A DNA stretch of 63,742 nt, filler included, from Octopus bimaculoides (GCF_001194135.2; 4 parts of 4 records of this genome joined end to end with filler, not necessarily neighbours in it); one strand, 5' to 3'. Shown: positions 38,051-51,797, counted from the first letter of the whole stretch. Translations and numbers: made by a program. The notes: generated from the letters alone by a model not told the origin.

Positions 38051-38242
38051 AACTCCACCAATCAGGCACCCCCGACCTACTCATCTTTCAATTTCCTTTT
38101 GCGTCCACACTATTCAACCCCACACTAACCATTATGCCCAGTCCTTTTTATTCAGATCATCATCCCACTGGAATCTTCTTCCTGCTCATCTCCCTCTAAT
38201 AGGCGTTAACCTGCAACAGTTCCATCCATCCTTCTTCCCTTC

Positions 38243-38480
38243 TCACTGTTCCTGGGAGGGTTGTGGGAGTAGAATTCTCACACACCTCCTCCATAGGGTC
38301 CTATCAGAAGCCACCACCATTACACTTTTCGGCTGGATTCCGAAATGTGACCAACTTAGACTATGGATATTATCTAGCCATCTCATTCTTTGTCTACTCC
38401 TAGGTCTTCTGCTGACTGACACGGCTTGAAGAATGCGTCTTTCGACTCTTTCCCGCGGCGTTCTAATAACATGCAACAGT
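38243..38480 (-). mobile_element. RTE LINE C-terminal remnant
   Basis: HVIR..ERRILQ..RRPRSRQRMRWLDNI..ASDRTLWR. Confidence 0.8.
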
Positions 38481-38577
38481 TTAAACGGAACATTAACGGC
38501 GTCAACTTCGTTAGACTCAGGCGGCTTGCGAATATCATGGACTCTACCTTATTTTCCAGGTTCAGCAAGGAAAATAA

Positions 38578-38980
38578 GCGTGGCTGTGGTAACAAGCTTG
38601 CTTCTCAACCACATGGTTCCGGGTTCAGTCCCACTGTGTGGCACCTTGGCCAAGTGTACCTTGGGCAAGAGTTTTTTTACTATGGTCTCGGGTTGACCAA
38701 AACATTGTGAGTGGATTTGGTAAACGGAAACTGAAAGAAGCCCGTCGTATGTATGTATGTGTGTGTATTGTGTTTGTGCTAACACCACCCCAAACATCGC
38801 TTGAAACCGATGTTGGTGAGTTTATGTTTCCGTAACAACGGTTTGGCGAAAGTGACCGATAGAATAAGTACTAGGCTTACAAAGGATAAGTCCCGGGGTC
38901 GATTTCTTCGACTAAAACCATTTAAGTTGGTGCTCTAGCATGGCCGCAGTCCAATGACTGAAACAAGTAAAAGAATAAAA
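38578..38980 (+). mobile_element. SINE family B (full length)
   Basis: TGGCTGTGG..GGGTTCAGTCCC..CACCTTGG..GACTGAAACAAGTAAAAG. Confidence 0.9.
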
Positions 38981-39438
38981 GTATATAAATAAAATAAAAT
39001 AAAATAAAATAAAATAACCAGCCGAAAACAGAGATGATTACTGTTGCTATCAGTAATCTCTTCTCAATTTTCCTGATGAGTAAGAATGACTGGATGAAAC
39101 ATTTAGTTCCAAATATGCAATCCCAGATATATTTTACGCACGTCAAATATAGACCTGNNNNNNNNNNNNNNNNNNNNNNNNNNNNNNNNNNNNNNNNNNN
39201 NNNNNNNNNNNNNNNNNNNNNNNNNNNNNNNNNNNNNNNNNNNNNNNNNNNNNNNNNNNNNNNNNNNNNNNNNNNNNNNNNNNNNNNNNNNNNNNNNNNN
39301 NNNNNNNNNNNNNNNNNNNNNNNNNNNNNNNNNNNNNNNNNNNNNNNNNNNNNNNNNNNNNNNNNNNNNNNNNNNNNNNNNNNNNNNNNNNNNNNNNNNN
39401 NNNNNNNNNNNNNNNNNNNNNNNNNNNNNNNNNNNNNA

Positions 39439-39765
39439 TTCCCAGACCGGGCGTTGTGAGTGTTTATTGAGCGAAAACACCTAAAGCTCCACGAGGCTCC
39501 GGCAGGGGATGGTGGCGAACCCTGCTGTACTCTTTCACCACAACTTTCACTCTTACTTCCTATTTCTGTTGTGCCTGTAATTCAAAGGGTCAGCCTTGTG
39601 AACACTGTGTCACGCTGAATATCCCCGAGAACTACGTTAAGGGTACACGTGTCTGTGGAATGCTCAGCTACTTGCACGTTAATTTCACGAGCAGGTTGTT
39701 CCGTTGATCGGATCAACTGGAACCCTCGACGTCGTAAGCGACGGAGTGCCAACAACAGCAACAAG
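39439..39765 (+). mobile_element. SINE family C (head lost in gap)
   Basis: Near-identical to 28870-29184. Confidence 0.9.
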
Positions 39766-39904
39766 GTATGTGTCATGTTCGGAGATCGTGGTTGGAAGAC
39801 CTAAACAATGATATAGTAGAAAAGGCATTTTAGCTATTCTAGGAACACTCATAAACATTTTCGTCAGCTTTCGTTCTGTGTGTTTTATTTACTTGTTTCA
39901 GTCA

Positions 39905-40462
39905 TTGGCAGAGTCGTTAGCGCACAAGGCAAAATGCTTAGTGGCATTTCGTCCGTCTTTACGTTCTGAGTTCAAGTTCTGCCGCGGTCGACTTTGCCTT
40001 TCATCTTTTCAGGGTCGATAAAATAAGTACCAGTGAAGCAGTGGGGAAGATTGTAATCGACTTACTCCTCCCACGACACTGCTGGCCTTCTGTCAAAAGT
40101 TGAAACCAGTATTAGGCTAGAGAGTTCAGAGTTCAAATTCTGCCGAAGTCGATTTTGCCTTTCATCCTTTCGGGGTTGATAAATTAAGTACCAGTTGCAT
40201 ATTGAGGTTCGATCTAATCGACTCCCCCCCACAAATAAATTTTCGAGCCTTGTGCCTAGTGTAGAAAAGAATCGTTTAAACTTGAGACAAAATGCTTTGC
40301 CGCATTACTTCCGGCTCTTTACATTTTGAGTTCAAATCCCACCGAGGTCAACTTCAGCTTTCCTCTTCCCAGGGCGATAAAACAAGATATCAGTCAAGTA
40401 CTGGAGTCAATGTAATCGATTCATGTCTCCCCTAAAGTCCCTGACCTTGTCCCAAAACCATT
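39905..40462 (+). mobile_element. Three tandem SINE family A copies
   Basis: Units at ~39905-40108, 40128-40272 and 40285-40462, each with GAGTTCAA..TTTCATC/TTTCCTC..AGTAC. Confidence 0.8.
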
Positions 40463-40842
40463 TAAAACCATTTTCTATTCAGATCAAAACTTCAACGAAA
40501 AACTGGAAATGGCAGGTTTCAAATGTTATTTTAGGTGCCAAAGCTTTTTATTTATTTATTTATTTATCTATTTATTTATCTATTTATTTATTCATTTATT
40601 TATTGGTTTAAAACAAAAACAGGAGAAAAGAAACATGAGAAATAAAGAATAGAGGACTTTGAGAACCTCCACTGGGAATTCAGATTTGCTTTTAAGTTCA
40701 AAGTGTGGGAGTGAATACAAAATTTCTTGAACTAATGAGATTNNNNNNNNNNNNNNNNNNNNNNNNNNNNNNNNNNNNNNNNNNNNTTAATTAATTAANN
40801 NNNNNNNNNNNNNNNNNNNNNNNNNNNNNNNNNNNNNNNNNN

Positions 40843-40950
40843 ACAGCTTTTGTTATATTTCTGCTGCTTTTAAATGAAGCATTTTACTACCTCTGGTATT
40901 TGAGTACTCTTTTTTTCTACCTTGTTTCACATTTATGTGCTTACTTCAGT
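40843..40950 (-). repeat. Unclassified dispersed repeat (also 43135-43210, 45705-45800, 62370-62400)
   Basis: Shared GGTAGAGTAATATGCTTTATTAAAAGCAGCAAAAATATCAC block. Confidence 0.6.
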
Positions 40951-40958
40951 ATAAATAA

Positions 40959-40989
<31 letters not shown>

Positions 40990-40999
40990 CACACACTCC

Positions 41000-41200
41000 T
41001 TTACTGGTTTCAGTCATTTGACTGCGGCCATGCTGGAGCACTGCCTTTAGTCGAGCAAATCGACCCCAGGACTTATTTTCTGTAAGCCTAGTACTTATTC
41101 TATCGGTCTCTTTTGCCGAACCGCTTGGTTACGGGGACGTAAACACACCAGCATCGGTTATCAAGCGATGTTGGGGGGAGGGGACACACAAACACACACA
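41000..41200 (-). mobile_element. SINE family B, 3' half
   Basis: TTTCAGTCATTTGACTGCGGCCATGCTGGAGC..GCCTAGTACTTATTCTATCGG. Confidence 0.9.
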
Positions 41201-42111
41201 CAGATATATCTACATATACATATATATAAAAGTAATTCGAGACGTGGCCGTTTGTGGACGGATGAAGAACAAAAACAAAAATAATGAAATAGACAGAATG
41301 TAGCCTTAGGGCCAGGCGAAGACACAACAAATAATAATAATAAGAAGAAGACAACAACAACAAAAACAGCAGTTGGCTAGCAGACAGCAATTATGGAGTA
41401 ACGCAAAAGAGACATGGAACATGTCCTCAAGGACTAAAGACAAGAGAAAGGCAGAGCGATGAACACGGTGACCGATCCGGTCGAAGGTGACGCGAAACAG
41501 AAATGACACCGCCTTAGATCGAGACCGGTTACGTAGTAGTGGGACGAGAAAGAAAGAGTCAGAGGGACTAGAGAAACGGAGGAGAGTAAGAGGGAGGGAA
41601 AGAGAGAAAGACACAGAAAAAGAGAGAGAGTGCGCCTTTGTAACAGCACTTATAATAATGGCCGTATTTTCTGCGGTAATATTCGGTCACGTGATAGTTA
41701 TAGCCAAGTTAAGAGGACATGATGGCCATATTAATTGTGACTGGTTCTGTTAGAGGTATCAGAAATGTTCACTGACGTTTGCACTGATGTTAAAATGGAG
41801 ATAGATGATCGAGATGGCTTTTAAAATGGTTGCTCTCCCTCCTTCACATAACATCTCTTTTAAAATTTTTACTTCTGGAATTTTACTCATAGCAGCTTTT
41901 AACAAATTTTACATCCATCCATTTATGTAGAAACAAATTTTGTTTATTTTTAAAAGATTGTTTTTTTTTTCTGTGTTTTGTTTATCTTCGTTCTTCTCTT
42001 CGTTCATTTTTATGCTTCATTCCAAATACACACACATGTATGTACATGTAGATATAAATGCGTAAATATGTTTGGCGTATATGTACTTATGTGGATGTAC
42101 GACGTTATGAA

Positions 42112-42214
<103 letters not shown>

Positions 42215-42582
42215 GTGTGTGTGTATATATATATATATGTATGTATGTATATGTATATATAGGCACACGTACATAGAGATTTTTAAATACATTAAAGTCT
42301 ATACGTTCTTACGTACATACATAAAATACACATGCATATATTCACACACACACACTCATGCACAGATACACACAGACACAGGCACATACGGACACACACA
42401 CACGCACACACACACACATCTATCTATCTATTTATTTATCTATCTATCTTAACATTTGAATATTTTATTTTTCCTCTGAAATTCCCATTACAAGAAGTAA
42501 TGACTAGTCTTGCGTTGTTGATATTATCTACCTGTCTATCTATCTATCTATTTTTCTATTTACCTCTACATCCATGCAAATA

Positions 42583-42623
<41 letters not shown>

Positions 42624-42735
42624 TCACACACACACACGTACACATATATTTGTATTTTGTATGTGTATGTATGTACTACGTATCTACATGCGTATACTCC
42701 AACAAGCATCCACACTCGCATTATTCTCATACGCA

Positions 42736-42778
<43 letters not shown>

Positions 42779-42911
42779 CACACGCGCACACATCTCTACT
42801 GCAGGCATATGCATACGTACAATCTTGTGCACTTATATATTTCAATGTTAAATGAATATGCAGAAGTTTCTCCAATTGTATTTTTAAAAGTCTACATACG
42901 TCTGCGAATAC

Positions 42912-42944
<33 letters not shown>

Positions 42945-43352
42945 CATACATACATATATACATACTTGCATGCATACATACATACATACATGTACCTTTA
43001 TCTTTTATCTTTTACTTGCTTNNNNNNNNNNNNNNNNNNNNNNNNNNNNNNNNNNNNNNNNNNNNNNNNNNNNNNNNNNNNNNNNNNNNNNNNNNCATAT
43101 ACATACACACACGCACTCACGCTCGCACGCGTACGAGTTAGCACAAATGCAAAACAAGGTGGAAAATAGTACTCGAATACTGAAGGTAGAGTGATATGCT
43201 TGATCACAACTGTCCGACGGACAAGAACGTGAAACTCTAAGTCACAGTTTTTTTGTGATGTTTTTGTAACTTTAAGAAAAACAAGTATATTGCTCCAGCA
43301 TGGCCGCAGTCAAATGACTGAAACACGTAAAAGATAAAAGAATATATATATC

Positions 43353-43755
43353 AGGAGTGGCTGTGTGGTAAGTAGCTTGCTTACCAACCACATGGTTCTG
43401 GGTTCATTCCCATTGCGTGGCACCTTGGACAAGTGTCCTCTACTATAGCCTCGGGCCGACCAAAGCCTCCTGAGTGGATTTGGTAGACGGAAAACTGAAA
43501 GAATCCCGTCGTATATATGTATATATATATGTGTGTGTGTGTATATGTTTGTGTATCTGTGTTTGTTCCCCCAACATCGCTTGACAACTGATGCTGGTGT
43601 GTTTAGGTTCCCCGTAACTTAGCGGTTCGGCAAAAGAGACCGATAGAATAATTACTAGGCTTACAAAAAATAAATCCTGGGGTCGATTTGCTCGACTAAA
43701 AGCGCTGCTCCAGCATGACCACAGTCAAATGACTGAAACAAGTAAAAGAGTAAAG
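43353..43755 (+). mobile_element. SINE family B (full length); an inverted 5' fragment follows at 43765-43892
   Basis: AGGAGTGGCTGTGTGGTAAG..CACCTTGG..GACTGAAACAAGTAAAAGAG. Confidence 0.9.
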
Positions 43756-45219
43756 TGTATATACGACGGGCTTCTCTCGGACTCCGTCTACCAAATCCAC
43801 TATAGTAGAAGATTCCTCTTTGACAAGGTGCCACGCAGTGTGACTGAACCCGGAACCATTTGGTCGAGAAGCAAGATTCTTACCACACAGCCACGCGGTG
43901 GGGTTGGTAGGGGGGAAGAGAGAAAGAGTTAAACATAGAGCTATCATATCTTAGCCAGTGTGCAATTGCAGAAATCCTTGCATATTTGCATAACATGGAA
44001 ACACACTTTAGTTTAACAGACACCAAAGTGCAGCATAAGCAAAAGTAATAAAACAATACTGTTGTTTTATGGGGGGTGGAGGGTGAAATGGTGATGGTAG
44101 CAGTTGCAATGGTGGTGGTGGTAGTAGTGATGGTAGGGTTATTTCTCAAAGAGACTTCTGATCAGCGATCGCTGTCTCTGCCGTTGCTGCTTTCTCTGCT
44201 GTTCATGTTATTGCTGCTGCTGTTCCTGTTGCTGTTGTTGATGATGATTGCTATTTACTGCTGCAGCTCCTCCACTCTGTGTGGTTGATCCTATTTTTGT
44301 TGTTGTTGTTGGTAACGGTAGTGGTGGAGGCGGCGGTGGAAGTGGATAATGTTGAGACGATGACGGTGGTGGTAGTGATGGTAAATGATGGTGGTGGTGG
44401 TAGTGATGGTTGTACTGAGGATGATGATGCTGATGGTGATAGTGGTGGTGGTATTGACGATATTGTAGTGGTGGTAGTGATAGTGGTTGTAGTGGTGGTA
44501 GTGGTGGTAGTGGTGGCGGCAATGATGGTGGTGGTAGTGGTGAGATGGTGTAGGTGGTGGTGGTTATGGTGGCGGTATTGGTGTTGNNNNNNNNNNNNNN
44601 NNNNNNNNNNNNNNNNNNNNNNNNNNNNNNNNNNNNNNNNNNNNNNNNNNNNNNNNNNNNNNNNNNNNNNNNNNNNNNNNNNNNNNNNNNNNNNNNNNNN
44701 NNNNNNNNNNNNNNNNNNNNNNNNNNNNNNNNNNNNNNNNNNNNNNNNNNNNNNNNNNNNNNNNNNNNNNNNNNNNNNNNNNNNNNNNNNNNNNNNNNNN
44801 NNNNNNNNNNNNNNNNNNNNNNNNNNNNNNNNNNNNNNNNNNNNNNNNNNNNNNNNNNNNNNNNNNNNNNNNNNNNNNNNNNNNNNNNNNNNNNNNNNNN
44901 NNNNNNNNNNNNNNNNNNNNNNNNNNNNNNNNNNNNNNNNNNNNNNNNNNNNNNNNNNNNNNNNNNNNNNNNNNNNNNNNNNNNNNNNNNNNNNNNNNNN
45001 NNNNNNNNNNNNNNNNNNNNNNNNNNNNNNNNNNNNNNNNNNNNNNNNNNNNNNNNNNNNNNNNNNNNNNNNNNNNNNNNNNNNNNNNNNNNNNNNNNNN
45101 NNNNNNNNNNNNNNNNNNNNNNNNNNNNNNNNNNNNNNNTATATATATATAATACAAATAATATGTGAGTATATGCATATATACGTACATGCATGTACAT
45201 ACCTACATCTACATGTATA

Positions 45220-45363
45220 TATAGATGCATATCTGGGTACAGGACGTCAAAAAACGTGGACAAAATGAAAAGCAGCATAAACAGAACACAGAAAACAAAC
45301 AGGCCACATCGAGAATATTTCCTTCATCAGCTGCCCCTATTCTAAACTAAGTGTTTCGAAGAA
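45220..45363 (-). repeat. Short dispersed repeat with GAAAC..CTGAYGA (also 62128-62265, +)
   Basis: Two collinear copies CTTCGAAAC..TTAGAATAG(G/A)GGCAGCTGAYGAAGG..ACGTCCTGTACC..GATATGCATCTATAT. Confidence 0.7.
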
Positions 45364-45394
45364 TATATATAAATATATATATAATGTATGTATG

Positions 45395-45425
<31 letters not shown>

Positions 45426-45619
45426 GAGTTCAGGGTTCAGTTGAATCAGGTGCTTAAATAGTAAAGCACCAATGTCGGGTAAAAAAAATAACAGTCGTGT
45501 AGGAAACAAAATAAGAGGAATATATATGTACATGCCAAAGTACAGACGGATTAATATTGCAGTTGCATATACGATCACAAGCGCCTGACTGATATACCAG
45601 GAATCTTGGTACACACACA

Positions 45620-45676
<57 letters not shown>

Positions 45677-47384
45677 GTATATATATATACATATATATAC
45701 CAGAGTAAGCACATAAATGCGAAACAGGGTGGAAAAAATAGTATTCGAATACCGGAGGTAGAGTAATATGCTTTATTAAAAAGCAGCAAAAATATCACAT
45801 TTAATAAAGTATATATATAAAGGAATACAAGAAATGGGACAAGAACGCAAAACATCCAGACAGATGATACAAAAACGGACAAGGAAAACACGGACGGGTC
45901 ATTCGAAGTTTTCTTTCCTCAGTCGAGTTCCAGATTATCTTTAGGCTGGTTATACTCGCGATTGCGCCAATCTGGCCAGCCCACAGGAAAAACTAAGCTG
46001 AGAGCACAAGATTCCTTGGAAGAAAGCAGCGAATGTATACGAAAACAAGGACGGAAAAAAAACAGAGATGGTGGCGTACGTACACTTTGGTCTCCCTCTC
46101 TCTCTTTCTCTCTCTCNNNNNNNNNNNNNNNNNNNNNNNNNNNNNNNNNNNNNNNNNNNNNNNNNNNNNNNNNNNNNNNNNNNNNNNNNNNNNNNNNNNN
46201 NNNNNNNNNNNNNNNNNNNNNNNNNNNNNNNNNNNNNNNNNNNNNNNNNNNNNNNNNNNNNNNNNNNNNNNNNNNNNNNNNNNNNNNNNNNNNNNNNNNN
46301 NNNNNNNNNNNNNNNNNNNNNNNNNNNNNNNNNNNNNNNNNNNNNNNNNNNNNNNNNNNNNNNNNNNNNNNNNNNNNNNNNNNNNNNNNNNNNNNNNNNN
46401 NNNNNNNNNNNNNNNNNNNNNNNNNNNNNNNNNNNNNNNNNNNNNNNNNNNNNNNNNNNNNNNNNNNNNNNNNNNNNNNNNNNNNNNNNNNNNNNNNNNN
46501 NNNNNNNNNNNNNNNNNNNNNNNNNNNNNNNNNNNNNNNNNNNNNNNNNNNNNNNNNNNNNNNNNNNNNNNNNNNNNNNNNNNNNNNNNNNNNNNNNNNN
46601 NNNNNNNNNNNNNNNNNNNNNNNNNNNNNNNNNNNNNNNNNNNNNNNNNNNNNNNNNNNNNNNNNNNNNNNNNNNNNNNNNNNNNNNNNNNNNNNNNNNN
46701 NNNNNNNNNNNNNNNNNNNNNNNNNNNNNNNNNNNNNNNNNNNNNNNNNNNNNNNNNNNNNNNNNNNNNNNNNNNNNNNNNNNNNNNNNNNNNNNNNNNN
46801 NNNNNNNNNNNNNNNNNNNNNNNNNNNNNNNNNNNNNNNNNNNNNNNNNNNNNNNNNNNNNNNNNNNNNNNNNNNNNNNNNNNNNNNNNNNNNNNNNNNN
46901 NNNNNNNNNNNNNNNNNNNNNNNNNNNNNNNNNNNNNNNNNNNNNNNNNNNNNNNNNNNNNNNNNNNNNNNNNNNNNNNNNNNNNNNNNNNNNNNNNNNN
47001 NNNATACATATATATATATATTAGGAAAAATTATTATTTTCTGCGTTGCTAATCAAATCCCGGCACGTATTGGGAAACTGTCAGTAGCAAAGGAGTGAAT
47101 CCTTTGAACTAAAAATACCTTTATGTGGATACCACCTGAATAACCGAACTGTGACTTTGTTGACAAGTTACACCTACTACCATCCATGGCACCGAGTCCT
47201 TTTTAATAGTTCGTGAATATGAATATGCACTCACAAATTCCCGTTTTTATGTCAAAGAAATAGGAGACCACGATCCTCGCCAGCAGCACGTCAGTTTTCT
47301 ATCACCAATGCAAAAAAAAAAAGAAAAAAATCCTATTTAATAGAAACAACCTTAAACTGATTTACAGCTGTACTAATGCTGTTT

Positions 47385-47592
47385 CAAATTTTAGCACAAG
47401 ACCAGCAATTTCGGTAAAGGAGCCTATAAAATAAGTACTAGTTGATTACTGGGCTCGATTATATCTGTACTTACTTTATCGACCCTGAAAGGCGAAGTCG
47501 ACCTCGGCGGAATTTGAACACAGCACGTAAATACGGACGAAACGCCGCGAAGAATTTTGCCCGGCGTGCTAACGATTCTGCCAGCTCGTCAC
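47385..47592 (-). mobile_element. SINE family A
   Basis: ATCGACCCTGAAAGG..GTCGACCTCGGCGGAATTTGAAC..CTGCCAGCTCG. Confidence 0.85.
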
Positions 47593-47744
47593 CCACACAG
47601 TTGCCAAATAATAAGAAACTTAATGACATGTAAATTAACTGAATTGTCACAGACTAACTGTACTTGTAGAAATACATATGGTTTGAAACAGCAACTTATA
47701 CTCACAAATCCCTCAAAAATCTTCTGGTAAACTATCATATCGTC

Positions 47745-48000
47745 GAGGCGTGTGGCTTAGTGGTTGGGGTGTCAGCATCATGATCGTAAGATTGTGGTTT
47801 CGATTCCTGGACCGGGTGACGCGTTGTGTTCTTGAGCAAAACACTTCATTTCACGTTGCTCCAGTCCACTCAGCTGGCAAAAATGAGTAACGCTGCGATG
47901 GACTGGCGTCCCGTCCAGCTGGGGAACGCATACGCCATTGAAACCGGGAAACCGGGCCCATGAGCCTGGCTAGGCTTTAAAAGGGCGCATTTATTTATTT
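47745..48000 (+). mobile_element. tRNA-derived SINE family D with V-SINE-like central segment (also 48320-48490 +, 56200-56430 -, 29882-30010 -)
   Basis: A box TGGCTTAGTGG, B box GTTTCGATTCC, TTCTTGAGCAA, GCGATGGACTGGCGTCCCGTCCAG. Confidence 0.85.
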
Positions 48001-48554
48001 TTAAAGTATCATATCAGAAGTTTACAGAGAAATCAAAAAAAAAAAATTCCTACGCGCCGTACTGTAAGTAAACACAAAACGATCATTAAAGCTTTTTGAG
48101 TTAGACATTAGGCGTTACTGGACATGTAAATGACCTATTTCAATGGAAAGAAGCATTAACTGCTCAGTTTTTCGATGCATTGGAAGTAATGTCACCCTCT
48201 TAAAGATCGTAAGTCACTGGATAGGGAGCTACCAGCTATTAGTACTTTCGGTTCTTCTAGATGACTACGAGGTATACATTTCATTCGCTTACCAGTCGAG
48301 TGAAGAGGTTAGAGTGTTATACTCATGAGTGTAAGATGGTGGTTTCTATTTCTGGACCAGGTGTGTGGTGCATGGTGTTCTTGGGCAAGGCACTTTATTT
48401 CATGCTGCTCTCTTCCACTCAGCTGTAAATGAGTAATTCAGCGACGGACTGGTGACCCGTGACCTGTGACCCGTTCAGGAGGAATGTTGTGGTCTAGGTC
48501 ACTTCGATTAACTTGCCCTGCGTATTATAGGACTCGCGACAGTAATGTCCTGAG

Positions 48555-48856
48555 GTTGTTGCTGTTGTTGTTGTTGTTGCTACTGCACCTGCTGCTGCAT
48601 CTGTTGCTGTTGTTGTTGCTGCCGTTGCTGTTGCTGCTGTTGCTGCTGCTACTGATAATGATGATGATGATGATGATGATGCCCACGACGACGAAGATGA
48701 TGATAATGATGATGATGGCGGTGGTGGTGATGATGACGATGATGATGATGACGACAACGACGACGATGATGATGACGACGACGACGATACTGATGGTGTT
48801 GTTGTTGTTCTTTTTGGTGGTGGTGGTGGTGATGATGTTGGGGATGATGATGATGA
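48555..48856. repeat. Mixed trinucleotide tract (GTT/GCT/GAT/GAC)
   Basis: Direct reading of the sequence. Confidence 0.9.
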
Positions 48857-49444
48857 CATACTTTAGATACTTGACAGTACCATCAGTCGGCCCGGTCCGT
48901 GATGCACAAAGACTGGCTGACGAAACCTTATTCCACACACTTCATCATTCTTCTTCCGTGCATTGTTGAGTTATAGAATTGTGTTAAACATTAGCAGTAG
49001 AATGAAAAGGAAATCTTGCTGTCAGGCATTCGAGTCCATTGGGAAGAAAGTTTCGTAATTTTCTTTTGACAAAGCAGAGTATACAGTTTATCACTTGTCT
49101 CTTGGATTTACAGAAAGAGGTAGAGTAAATGATGACTAGCAGGACGGAGCTCCAAATTCAATGTGTACGTAGAAAACTCGCAGAATTTTCCTCTACGGCC
49201 ATCACTGCCGTCTATATCTAAGCAACAATTAACGTCGAAATAAGGATTGAAGTCCGCCACTTCTTCTAAATAGCCGAGCAAGTATTGGTTAAAAATCGTT
49301 CACATCTCAGTGAGAATGAGGTGGAGGATTATATGGTGGGTACAAAGACAAAAAAAAAAGAAAAAGAAAAACCAATTGTGACTTTGATAGTCGTCACACT
49401 GCTGCAACTCATGCTATTAAACGGCTTTTGGTGGCTTGAATCTT

Positions 49445-49480
49445 TGGAGCATGCGCCCACAAACTTCCGGTTTCGCGTCG
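49445..49480. promoter_or_regulatory. Possible promoter element (NRF1-like half plus ETS site)
   Basis: GCATGCGC 49449-49456 and ACTTCCGG 49463-49470 in locally CpG-rich DNA. Confidence 0.3.
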
Positions 49481-51021
49481 AAGAAATGCGAGAAAGCCAA
49501 TTTCTCTGAAGTCGGTATTAACTTGCTGATGATAAAGGAAAGAAGAAAAAATGCAACAAAGAATAAAAAAACAAAAAAACAAAAAAGCTCATATGTTCCA
49601 CTCGCTACTTCTTGCTTGATTGGTTAGTAGAAGGAAGAGCATTCAGCTGTAACGAAAGAAAAAATACACAGAATAAAAAAGACAACAAAACAATACTGCA
49701 ATATAGAAACCATTGCGTCACTGCAAGCATGGAAAAAGAAAAGAAAACAATATGAAGATAGCTGTAAAAAATATAAACCATAAAAAATAACGGGACAAAA
49801 AAGAAAAGAAAAAGAACAAAGAAGAAAAATTATTTATAGTAGTTATTTATTATTAATTTATTATTAATAATATGTTATTATTAATATTNNNNNNNNNNNN
49901 NNNNNNNNNNNNNNNNNNNNNNNNNNNNNNNNNNNNNNNNNNNNNNNNNNNNNNNNNNNNNNNNNNNNNNNNNNNNNNNNNNNNNNNNNNNNNNNNNNNN
50001 NNNNNNNNNNNNNNNNNNNNNNNNNNNNNNNNNNNNNNNNNNNNNNNNNNNNNNNNNNNNNNNNNNNNNNNNNNNNNNNNNNNNNNNNNNNNNNNNNNNN
50101 NNNNNNNNNNNNNNNNNNNNNNNNNNNNNNNNNNNNNNNNNNNNNNNNNNNNNNNNNNNNNNNNNNNNNNNNNNNNNNNNNNNNNNNNNNNNNNNNNNNN
50201 NNNNNNNNNNNNNNNNNNNNNNNNNNNNNNNNNNNNNNNNNNNNNNNNNNNNNNNNNNNNNNNNNNNNNNNNNNNNNNNNNNNNNNNNNNNNNNNNNNNN
50301 NNNNNNNNNNNNNNNNNNNNNNNNNNNNNNNNNNNNNNNNNNNNNNNNNNNNNNNNNNNAGAGTTTTTTTTTTATTTTGGAAGATGAGGGAGCAATTTAT
50401 GTCTTATATTTTCATATCGTATTTTCTTTTTCTCTCTGAGTACCGAATGCGAGTTTGAGAAAAACAATCAAATGGTTTTTTTTTTTTTTTTAAAGTTTGT
50501 AGTTGAGATAAATGATGACGAAAAATCGCCCCGACTCCCCCACAAAAATTACAAATGAAAACCCCGGAAAAACAATTTCATAAGTAACTGTTGACGTTTT
50601 GCGTCGGTAAAATGTTCAGTTTGATAAAGTTCACAAAATTGAATATAATTACGTATACCGCGAGGAACACCATTAATAATGCTGGGAGCAAGATCCTTCA
50701 TCGAAGATAAATCTTAATGTCTATGTTATAGAACTAGTAAGGACCAATGAAGAAGTACAACTCTAGATTGAATTCTGGATTTGATTCGGAAATATTCGGA
50801 GTGGCTCTCTGACCAGAAGAGAAGACAACAGGGATATTCATTAACAAAAATAAAAATGTACCATATATTCACACCCCGTGACGGATACGTTAAGCGGGAG
50901 GGATGTAACTCACTAGTAGTAGTAGTAGTAGTAATAGTAGTAGTAATAGTGGTAGTAGTAGTAGTAGTAGTTTCAAAACCGTCACCAGTAGCGGATGCAA
51001 TATTCCTTTCTACTATAGGTA

Positions 51022-51212
51022 CGTGACCTGAAATTTGGCAGAGGAGTGAGGTAAGTCGATTACATTGGCCCCCAGAGCTCAACTGGTACTTACTTTATCG
51101 ACCTTGGAAGGATGAAAAGCAAAGTCGACCTCGGCAGAATTTGAGCTCTGAACATAAAGACGGATGAAATGCCGCTAAGCATTTTGTCCGGCGTGTCAGC
51201 TCGACGCTTTAA
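51022..51212 (-). mobile_element. SINE family A
   Basis: GGATGAAAAGCAAAGTCGACCTCGGCAGAATTTGAGCTC. Confidence 0.85.
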
Positions 51213-51797
51213 TACCGTGTGCAATATTGTGACCATATATGCTACACACCATTCAAGAGCAAATGAGTGGCACAAATGCTAGAGTACACCACTACATACT
51301 ATACACTACACTGATATAAAATCAGATTACAAACAAAAGAAACTGAAACTTCTGAAGGGGTCAAATTTTCTCCTCTCATCCCCTTCCAGGGTCAATAAAA
51401 GGACTAAAGTTTAAGTTATATATTACACCTCCCCTAAGAATTTCTTTGTGCTAACATAAGAAATAATTGTCAAGCATCTCAGATAAATAAATAAGACAAG
51501 AAGTCGTTTAGAATTTCAATCCTTCTGTTTTGCTTTGTGTTAATTTTTGTTCTTCGCGATGAGGACTCTTTCATCTATTTCCGTTCACTTTCTTTACTTC
51601 GTTATGTTCTTTTTAATTTTTTTTATTAAAAATTGTTTGTTATATTTATTTTACTCCACACCCTAACACACTATATAAGCATTAAAAAAATTCCAAAATC
51701 CGGGTGAAACAGTAAGAGCCTGCATCGACAATAGGTAACCCAAATAAGTATTTAATAAGTAGAATATCAATAAATTTAATTGCAACTGAGTGCAAAA

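Noticed and set aside
39070-39112. CTGATGA...GAAAC hammerhead-like string
   Set aside because: Stem II is not adjacent to GAAA and stem I cannot pair
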